Positions 10,328 through 17,813 of a DNA stretch of 17,813 nucleotides are shown in pieces (the stretch's first letter is position 1; every line of letters starts with the position of its first letter). The notes under the pieces were generated by a model. The model saw nothing but the letters and a program-made list of their open reading frames with translations, was not told the origin of the DNA and made no database searches. Origin of the DNA: Octopus sinensis (taxonomy: Eukaryota); NCBI RefSeq assembly GCF_006345805.1, contig NW_021824616.1, positions 1 to 17,813 on the forward strand, in the 5' to 3' direction. Made by a program: the position numbers and the translations under genes.

Positions 10328-10356
10328 TTCCCATCATGATGGAGCGGTTCAATTAA
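10328..10356 (+). CDS. TOMM5: TOMM5 coding exon 2 (C-terminus)
   Basis: After TTTCAG: TT CCC ATC ATG ATG GAG CGG TTC AAT TAA. Completes the phase-1 codon (A+TT = Ile) and supplies the conserved Pro after the transmembrane segment: IPIMMERFN*. Total CDS 144 nt. Confidence 0.82.
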
Positions 10357-10612
10357 GTCTGGTTGAATAAGAAGACTAAAGAAACATTTCTAGAAGAGAC
10401 AGTTCGAAGACCTTAGAACAAAATGAACTAGACCTGCTGTTTGGTGCAGACCACAGTTATGTCTTCATGTGTTCAGCACCAATCCAAAGTATGGAAAGGT
10501 GTGCAGTTTTCTGGAATACGGTTGTATCATCATAGCTTCTGTACTCCAACAATGGATGGTTTGGTGCAGTGTTGTGGGTTACAGTTTTCATTCATTAGAA
10601 GTCATTCCAAGC

Positions 10613-10755
10613 ATTAAAAATACCTGTTAATTATGACTTGGTGTTTATATTTATTCATAATTAAAAATTTTTTTTTAATGGTTTTTAGCCAGAGATGGTG
10701 GGAGAACAACTTATGACCTCTCCTCTCATTCAAAGTAGAAGGAAGGGATAATAAA
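10613..10755 (+). terminator. candidate polyadenylation signals of TOMM5
   Basis: ATTAAA at 10613-10618 and 10660-10665 (the latter followed by a T-rich tract), AATAAA at 10750-10755. Confidence 0.45.
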
Positions 10756-11547
10756 GTTCTACTCAAACTAGAGACCGGACCCAAATGTTTGCAACAGGAT
10801 GGACTCTGCTAAAAGCATCAAAGGACCAGGTGCTGGTGGTTTAACTGGCTGGTGAGTTTTTACTACAGAATATCAGCCTTCACTGTTCATATCTATACTG
10901 CTGGTATCAACTTGCAGCAATTTAAGCAGAAGTTTAATGGCTCAACCACATTGGTTTTGAAGAATCTGTGAAGGCTGTAGGCACTGATTTTTTCCTTCAG
11001 ACCTGCCAAGTTTAAAAAAAAAATAATGCCCTGTCATCATATGTGACCACTTCAAAGAAAGTGATTTCATTGGCATCCCTTGTCAACCGCAAAAGTTCAC
11101 ACCACAGCTACCTCCTATCCTTAGCACACTTTCTTGTCCCCACTCTCTCTTCAGCAATGCACTACACTGTTTCCAAAAGAATAAGTAGCTCATCATACAC
11201 TGCTGACTATCAACATATTGATCTCACTTCCAAAATGAGGAAAATAGTTGTCAGCAGTCATTTTCCTTGCATTATCTCTGACCTCTTGTCAGTGACCAGC
11301 ACTATAGCTCCTGTAGAACTAGATCTATCAGCATCATCCTGTGTCGTTAACCCCTGGTCTCTCTCCTATTTATGAACTTTGGAAAATAAAGTGTTCTACT
11401 TGATTAGTATTAATCTTTGCCTGTATCTGATATGAGAATTTGCTACCTAAATTATACCCCTGTCTCTCATTTCTTAGATTGGAAGTTTTCTGCTAGACAT
11501 TGGAGTGTGTGCTGCCAGGGATATCTCTAGCAGTTATGGGCCACTCC

Positions 11548-11772
11548 AATGCCTTTAACATTCAATTCAGCCAAAATATTCTACTCATTTTATGTTCAAA
11601 CAGGCCAAATCTGGCCTTTTATACCTACCCTACAGTGTCATTCTAAAAATAAACAATCGCATCCCTGAAATCTCAAAGCCACAAGATAATGTATGGCTAA
11701 TTGATTAATTCAAAACAATGTGAATAAATAAGCATTGTGTTTATCAGAATAATCTGAATGCTAAAGGCTTAA
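11548..11772 (-). mobile_element. TTAA-ended MITE, family A (piggyBac-like ends), uninterrupted copy
   Basis: Ends ..AATGCTAAAGGCTTAA and GCCTTTAACATT; its reverse complement aligns to 14467-14532 and 15331-15459. Confidence 0.8.
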
Positions 11773-12138
11773 ACCTTCATAACACAAGTAAAAAAAAAGG
11801 AAAAGAAAAGTCATTTGCTGACAAGCCATTTCTTGTATTACATAATCAAAAAATATTTTACAGTTGCTGTTAATAGCATTTGGTATGCAATCTTAGTTAT
11901 AGTATCTAATTCAGATTTGTATTTTTCTACCCTGTCCACCTTTTTTGAAAATAACAATTTGCTATGTGATCAGCAATAGTTGTTCAAAGATGAATTTGTA
12001 TATTTTTCTATCTCAGGGTATTAAAAATACCAAGAAAAATGAATTAATTTTACTGTAGATGATGAAGGTACAGTCCAGTAAGGGTATATAGATGGGGAAA
12101 ACAGCAAACTAGGGATCAAGCTAGTCAGGTGCATTGCC

Positions 12139-12671
12139 AACCAGATGATATAGGAAAGTGTCATAACTGATGACTGCCTTGGAGTAGTTACGGACCAAGA
12201 CTTTTGGAAATATGCTGTGCTTGAAAAGACCCGGCAAACCAAATGAGACCATAACCTCGTGGCCTATGCATACCTTTCCTTCATTGGACACTATACTCTG
12301 CTTGCGAAGACCTGTTGAGGCCAGTGAAATTGAAATCAAATTCAATGACTGGCATCCATGTTAGTGGAGCACTAAGAGCTCCATTTGAGCAAGGTCGTTG
12401 CCAGTGCCACTGGACTGGCTCCTGTACAGGTGGCACGTAAAAAACACCATTTGAGAGTGGCCGTTGCCAGTACCGCCTGACTGTTCCTCGTGCTGGTGGT
12501 ACGTAAAAGCACCCACTACACTCTCGGGGTGGTTGGTGTTAGGAAGGGCATCAAGCTGTAGAAACTCTGCCAGATCAGATTGGAGCCTGGAGCAGCCATC
12601 TGGCTCGCCAGTCCTCAGTCAAATCGTCCAACCCATGCTAGCATGGAAAGCGGATGTTAAATGATGATGAT
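12139..12671 (+). mobile_element. RTE-clade LINE 3' end (ORF C-terminus, 3' UTR, (ATG)n tail)
   Basis: DQDFWKYAVLEKTRQTK* type C-terminus, GTGGCACGTAAAA-CACC subrepeats, AACCCATGCTAGCATGGAAAGCGGATGTTAAATGATGATGAT tail; 3' part is homologous to 17400-17554. The 5' boundary is approximate. Confidence 0.8.
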
Positions 12672-13072
12672 AATTGCTACATCAAAGGAGATGCTCTGAA
12701 AAGAAGCAGCTACAAAAAGTATCAAAGTGACAGGCCAAGTAATGGAAAGAGTATTAGCACAATTTGAGAGAACCTGTGGAAGGGGTAAACCTAGGAAGAT
12801 GTGAGACAAGGTGGTAGAATATGATCTTTGGTTGTGAGATTCATGGAGGCAATGACAAGTGACCAAGACTTCTGGCAATCTGCTGTGCTTGAGAAGATAC
12901 ATCAAGCTAAGTGAATAGTGGCCATTGCCAGTGCTGATGACATAGAAGGCGCGTAAAGTAGTTGGCATTAAGAAAGGTACCAAGCTGAAATGGATGACTA
13001 GAGCCTGGTGCAGCTAACCAGGTCTAGTCAAACCAACTCATGCCAGCATGGGAAACTGACATTAAATGTTGA
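12672..13072 (+). mobile_element. internally deleted RTE LINE fragment
   Basis: NCYIKGDALKRSSYK-IKVTGQVMERVLAQ (pre-RT region) joined to TCGRGKPRK..SDQDFWQSAVLEKIHQAK* and a decayed tail (CATGCCAGCATGGGAAACTGACATTAAATG). Confidence 0.7.
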
Positions 13073-13095
13073 GGGTAATTAATAAATAATTAATT

Positions 13096-14027
13096 CAGGT
13101 GAGATGTGGCAAAGAGTTCCCGTTTTTTGATCTGCAGAAAGTTTTTGACAGGCTGTTATAATCAGTAATTTGGTGGTCTTTAAGAAAATATGTAGATGAA
13201 GGGCTCATGAGAATGGTGCAAACCATATAGAGATCCAGTGAGAGTTGGCAATAAGGTCAAAGAGGAATTCAATGTTTCTCTAGGCTTGCACGTCAGCTTT
13301 CCTCCCATATAACTCTCCAAAGAACAAATGAGGAGTTTAAGACTGATGTCACTGTCTGTAGCAACTCATACACTGATGACAGTACTTACAGCTGAGTTGT
13401 AGAAGACTGCAAGTAAAAGTTTCAGACATGGAAACAAAATTTAGAATTGTTATGTCTCCAAGACATAGCAAACAGGGAAGAAGAAAGGACCCTGCCACCA
13501 TCAGAGAATTGGCTGTGTGCTGTATGTAGGAAAGGACTAATGTTGAATTTTATATATACTCCTAGTGCCCAAGTAGTGTAGTGGTACCATAGGCAGACTG
13601 ACTGTATATGTCAAATGTACATAAGTAGTTAGCAGTCTGAGGACCAGTAAAAATATTTTTTTTCCAATGTTCAGGAGGCTCTATAGAAAGTAGCTGATAG
13701 CTTCTGTCATCTAGGTGATCTAATCAACAATGGACAAAGGTGTTGTGAAATCATTATAGCCAGAACAAGAATAGGATGGAAAAGTTTCAGGGAGCTACTA
13801 TCTGTTGCCAATAAGGGAGTTCTCACTTTGAGCGAAAGGTAATTAATTTGTGAGATGCTTGTGTATGCATTGTAGTAAAACGTGGACATTGAATACAGAC
13901 ACTGTAGAGACTGGAAAGAAATGAAGTATGAATTGCATAATGTTATCATCCATAAACAGGGCACAAATGAGCTGGGAGATAAACTGGGTACAAGAAGAAT
14001 CAGATGTGTACAACAGAGATGACTAAC
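13096..14027 (+). pseudogene. decayed RTE reverse transcriptase fragment
   Basis: Frameshifted motifs in order: FDLQKVFDR (about 13125), NEEFKTD, YTDD (13369-13380, YADD equivalent), FQTWKQNLE, SFCHLGDLI (about 13699), ARTRIGWKSFRELL (about 13760). Confidence 0.85.
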
Positions 14028-14034
14028 AGAATGA

Positions 14035-14229
14035 ATCTTTTATCTTTTACTTGAGGCCATGCTGGGGCACCGCTTTGAAGAATTTTTAGTCAAATGACTC
14101 AACCCCAGTACAATTTTTTTAAAGCCTGGTACTTATTCTATTGATCCTTTTGCCAAACCACTAAGTTATAGGGATATAAACACACCAACACCAGTTATCA
14201 AGTAGTGGTGGGGGACAAACAAAGACACA
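14035..14229 (-). mobile_element. SINE 3' part (variant subfamily)
   Basis: ATCTTTTATCTTTTAC tail, GGCCATGCTGGGGCACCGC, CCTGGTACTTATTCTATTG, GTGGGGGACAAACAAAGACAC. Confidence 0.8.
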
Positions 14230-14464
14230 GCTTCTTATCACACAACCATACATATGTTTTAAATAGATTTTTAATACAGTGGCAATACCTCACCAATTCC
14301 AACTTCCTTTTCAAGAGATATTTTGTTACATCAAATAAAATTACTGTTAAAATGTAGAAATGGGATGAATGCAATAGCATTTCTGTAGGGAGAATTATTT
14401 CTCGCTATCTTAACATCTATATTTTTGGATAAGAGGGAATATCAATAATGTGTCATCTACATTT

Positions 14465-15459
14465 TTCTGAGCATTCAAATTATTCTGTCAAATATAATGC
14501 TTATTTATTCAAATTGGTTTCAATTAATCATGTATAGTCAACTCTCGCACTATGCCAGTTTTGCGCGGTCCCGGCCAAATAATAAACAAAAAATTTTTAC
14601 TATGCCCCCCTCAACTCTCGTACTATGCCACTTGTAAACTGAAGCGCACAAAACTTCGAAGTTTTTGGTACATTTCGATTTGTAATCTTGTGGAAAAGTT
14701 CAGAAAGTAGCACACAATGTAGCTCAGAAACGCAAGCGGACTGAGCTTATGCTGAGGAAAGAAGGAGATTATCGATGCTGCGAAAAACGTTATTGTCGGG
14801 CCCCTCGTATCATTAGTAATATCTGATACAAGTTACCGCCCCTTGTATTGTCTGACATGTTTCACTCTAGAAGAAATAGCAAAGGAGGTAATGCAGAACG
14901 AAGAGCCGGTGGAAAGTGAAGACGACGAGGTAATTTGTGGAAGAGGAATACGTTTCGTTTGCAGATGCCCAGAGAGCATGGAGCACTATCCGAAAGTTTA
15001 TGCAGCAGCAGAGCAGTGGAAAACCCAGCGTCATGCAGGCATGTGATAGGCTAGACAACGAAATTAATGAAATCCACCAAAAGAAGATGCGTCAGCCGAC
15101 AATTTTTGAGAGCTTCGGGATTAACTAAAAGCAATTTGAACTTAATAAACTTGGATGTCTTCTTTTTACCATTGCATTGAACTTTTTATTAGCCTTACTT
15201 CCTACCCTATGAATTTTTATTCGTATGTTCAGTAAATCTTTGGTTATGTAGTGTTTAGATAAGAGACCCTCAGTACTATGCCACTTTGGCTCAGTCCTGC
15301 AGGGTGGCATAGTAGTGAGAGTTGACTGTATTATTTCATAGCTTTGAGGTTTAGAAGCTGTGATTGTTTAGGTGTGAGAGGCAGGATCTTGCTAGTTTGA
15401 AGATAAAACTGGAAGAACACTTGAGCCGGACATAGTCAGTTTAAATGCTAAAGGATTAA
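14465..15459 (+). mobile_element. TTAA-ended MITE family A, split by a nested Tigger insertion (MITE parts about 14465-14534 and 15329-15459)
   Basis: Both halves align colinearly with the reverse complement of 11548-11772; right end AAATGCTAAAGGATTAA. Confidence 0.8.
14535..15328 (+). mobile_element. pogo/Tigger (Tc1/mariner superfamily) internally deleted DNA transposon, 794 bp
   Basis: TIRs TAGTCAACTCTCGCACTATGCCA (14535-14557) and TGGCATAGTAGTGAGAGTTGACTG (15305-15328); TA target duplication (14533-14534, 15329-15330); frameshifted N-terminal HTH remnant QKRKRTELML..KKEIIDAAK (about 14724-14787); acidic C-terminus TLEEIAKEVMQNEEPVESEDDEV / EEEYVSFADAQRAWSTIRKF..RLDNEI..KMRQPTIFESFGIN* (to 15128). 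No DDD catalytic domain. Confidence 0.88.
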
Positions 15460-15484
15460 TGATATAAATGAAATATAATGTTTT

Positions 15485-15565
15485 TAATTGAAGATTCAAA
15501 TATTTAGGCTGAACTCATCAAGATTTTTACCTCAGATTTGAAGTGCTTCACCACAAAATATTCAC
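15485..15565 (+). repeat. 81-bp direct repeat, left copy (right copy 15942-16022)
   Basis: The two copies differ at 5 of 81 positions and bracket the SINE. Confidence 0.93.
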
Positions 15566-15568
15566 TTG

Positions 15569-15941
15569 CGCAGGAGTGGCTGTGTGGTAAGTAGCTTGCT
15601 CACCAACCACATAGTTCGGGTTCAGTCCCACTGTGTGCCACCTTGGGCAAGTGTCTTCTACTATAGCCTCAGGCCAACCAAAGCCTTGTGAGTGGATTTG
15701 GTAGACAGAAACTGAAAGAAGCCCGTCGTATATATGTGTGTCTGTGTTTGTCCCCCACAACATCGCTTGACAACCGATACTGGTGTGTTTGCGTCCCCGT
15801 CACTTAGCGGTTTGGCAAAAGAGACCGATAAAATAAGTACTAGGCTTACAAAGAATAAGTTCTGGGGGTTATTTGCTCGACTAAAGGCAGTGCTCCAGCA
15901 TGGCCACAGTCAAATGACTGAAACAAGTGAAAGATAAAGAG
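15569..15941 (+). mobile_element. full-length tRNA-derived SINE
   Basis: A-box-like TGGCTGTGTGGTAA (about 15577-15590), B-box-like GGTTCAGTCCC (15619-15629), CCTTGGGCAAGTG central segment, TA/TG internal tract, tail AAACAAGTGAAAGATAAAGA. Confidence 0.93.
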
Positions 15942-16022
15942 TAATTGAAGATTCAAATATTTAGACTGAACTCATCAAAATTTTTACCCCCGATTTGAAG
16001 AGCTTCACCACAAAATATTCAC
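15942..16022 (+). repeat. 81-bp direct repeat, right copy
   Basis: TAATTGAAGATTCAAATATTTAG...CACCACAAAATATTCAC, matches 15485-15565. Confidence 0.93.
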
Positions 16023-16234
16023 ATTGAAGTAACTTCAATATCAGGGTTTCGCAAGTGTTGCCCACAAGGGGGATCTAGGAGTGCTGTAAGATTTTAATTA
16101 GGTCTTTAGAAATTCTTAACTAAATGTTTGAGGTGATTTGACAAACATGTTATATGTAATTTTGTAATATACAAATATGATTAATCCTTTTATTATTATA
16201 TTTCTGTTGAAATACAATGTCTTAATTTCTGGCA

Positions 16235-16372
16235 ACCTAATCCACTCAAAAAAAGCTTTGATCAGCCCAGGGTATAATAGCAGACACTTACCGGAGACAC
16301 CATGTAGTGGGATTGAACCTGAAACAATGCAGTGTGTATAGGAAGTGAACTCCTTAACCACACAGCCATGGA
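16235..16372 (-). mobile_element. diverged SINE 5' half
   Basis: AATCCACTCA..AAAGCTTTGATCAGCCC..GACACTTACC..GTGGGATTGAACC..TTAACCACACAGCCATG; preceded by a short family-B MITE end at about 16181-16225. Confidence 0.7.
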
Positions 16373-17189
16373 TAGATACACCAAAAAATTTAACACATTA
16401 TTAGCTCTATGAAAAAGCAATAGTCAGAATAATGTTAACATCTTAAGTATGTAAAAAGAGTCAAGACGCAACAAAAATTTTAGGAAAATAAAAATAAGAA
16501 AAAAGTGGAAATTTTACCGGTGAGTGTGTTACATTATAAGGCACAAAAAGAAAATTACTCTCCCCAGACACAACATCATAAAAAAAGTTAACTGGAAATA
16601 ATCAGGCAGTGAAGGGAAAAATTAGTCATTGATTAATAGTGTTGCAAGTAGAATATTACCTGTCATAAAACAGTTAAGTTTGCACGAACACTTTTGCTAA
16701 CATGGATAATATCAGGAAATATGGCACACATTAATTATAATATAACTTTTATAAAATTTCTCAGTAAGCAAATGATGAAATGAATACTAATTTTCAAAAG
16801 AAAAATATTACCTTAAAACAAAATTAAAAGAATTTCTCATTTGTATATTCACAAAAGTGTGTATTTTTCAGTAAGTTATTATTGCCTGTCACCAAGCCTA
16901 CTATGTGCACTCATCCTGCACCCCTTATGTCAGCTCTCTCTGAATCTCTCTTTTACTCTCTGTTCCCTTCTCTCTATACAATGTATATTAGCTATTATCA
17001 TATAGAGATTATTTGGGCAAGTATGGGAAACAACTGTTAACATGTTTCAGTCTTATTTGACCTCATTGAAACAAACTTCACTGAACTTAAAGTAACAATG
17101 ATAAAATTACAAATGTTGTACACGAGCATATAATCATGTAGTTTTACAATGTTAAGAGATGATGAATTGACACAGTTACTTAAATAAAG

Positions 17190-17554
17190 TGTTTAGGTGT
17201 ACGCCGCCCCGACTGGCCTCTGTGCCAGTGGCACATAAAAAGCACCATTCGTTCGTGGCCCCCGTGCCGGTGGGCACTTAAAACGCACCATCGATCGTGG
17301 CCGTTGCCAGCCTCGCCTGGCCCCCGTGCCGGTGCCACGTAAAAAAGCCCATCCGTCCTGGCTGTTTGCCAGCTCTGTCTGGCACGTAAAAAGCACCCAC
17401 TACAACGCCCGGAGTGGTTGGCGTTAGGAAGGGCATCCAGCCGTAGAAACACTGCCAGATCAGACTGGGCCTGATGCAGCCTTCTGGCTTCACAGACCCC
17501 AGTTGAACCGTCCAACCCATGCTAGCATGGAAAGCGGACGCTAAATGATGATGA
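17190..17554 (+). mobile_element. RTE 3'-UTR-only element (5'-truncated LINE or LINE-derived SINE), CpG-rich
   Basis: 17395-17554 is homologous to 12510-12670; four GTGGCACGTAAAAAGCACC-like subrepeats (about 17228, 17270, 17332, 17380); (ATG)n tail. Confidence 0.82.
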
Positions 17555-17601
17555 GTTCAAATCTTAACAGGGTTGACTTTTGTTGCCAAACTCCAAGTCC
17601 A

Positions 17602-17813
17602 ATAACCGTTTTGTTGCTATATTTCTGTTGAAATACTCTGTCATTGTTTCAGTGGATTTTGAAAATAATAAAGAGTTTCAGTAAAATAACTTTGTCATTA
17701 TTAAGCTGGTTTGGAATATAAATTAACATGGAATTCAAGTTATATTACTTTAAAACATGAAGTTTGTATCTTAGAAACTGGAGTGGTCTCCAGCAGGTTG
17801 ATATCAAAAGGGT
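17602..17813 (+). mobile_element. TTAA-type MITE, family B (runs to the window edge)
   Basis: Imperfect TIRs ACCGTTTTGTTGC / GATATCAAAAGGGT; its 5' part TATATTTCTGTTGAAATAC is also present at 16197-16215. Confidence 0.6.

Noticed and set aside
10689-10740. Alternative TOMM5 last exon after TTTTTAG
   Set aside because: It would replace the conserved Pro and C-tail with unrelated residues; the T-rich tract is better explained as a downstream poly(A) element.
11043-11375. 110-aa Ser-rich ORF
   Set aside because: GTG start, no recognisable motif or splice context; possibly very old repeat sequence.
15569-15635. tRNA-like A and B boxes
   Set aside because: This is the SINE head; no cloverleaf or acceptor stem, and it continues into SINE body sequence. 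Not a tRNA gene.
16400-16890. Probable additional interspersed repeat
   Set aside because: It looks familiar as a genomic repeat, but there is no second copy, TIR or TSD in the window to define or classify it.
17215-17400. Repeat-spacer-like array
   Set aside because: Not CRISPR: units are degenerate, the spacers resemble each other, the context is a eukaryotic LINE tail and no cas genes are present.
17180-17520. GC-rich minus-strand ORFs of 67-111 aa
   Set aside because: Antisense readings of the RTE 3' UTR subrepeats.

Overview
AT-rich, microsatellite-laden eukaryotic genomic DNA. The repeat repertoire (tRNA-headed SINE family, TTAA-ended MITEs, RTE LINE remnants) resembles what I recall from octopus/cephalopod genomes; that assignment is an inference. 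The only host gene I can support is a small two-exon TOMM5 (Tom5, mitochondrial outer-membrane translocase subunit) gene on the + strand that the ORF track misses: CDS 5311-5425 + 10328-10356, 47 aa, MMRMQKDRVDPEEEKKKARQQTMQTVAFFVMVCGFIRAIPIMMERFN, with a 4.9-kb phase-1 GT-AG intron and a CpG-rich promoter. The rest is transposon debris: about nine SINE copies or fragments, four RTE-LINE pieces, an internally deleted pogo/Tigger element nested in a TTAA MITE, other MITEs and simple repeats. The most unusual observations are (i) three different short cassettes embedded in (TA)n tracts that carry complete or partial hammerhead-ribozyme-like cores of the kind known from Penelope-like elements/retrozymes (7098-7165 nearly complete, 6918-6965 decayed, 4195-4324 converted into a ~130-bp fold-back palindrome), and (ii) a SINE flanked by an 81-bp direct duplication that looks like an exceptionally long target-site duplication. 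None of the ORFs in the supplied track looks like a real host gene; those at 14843 and 14937 are pieces of the Tigger transposase C-terminus.
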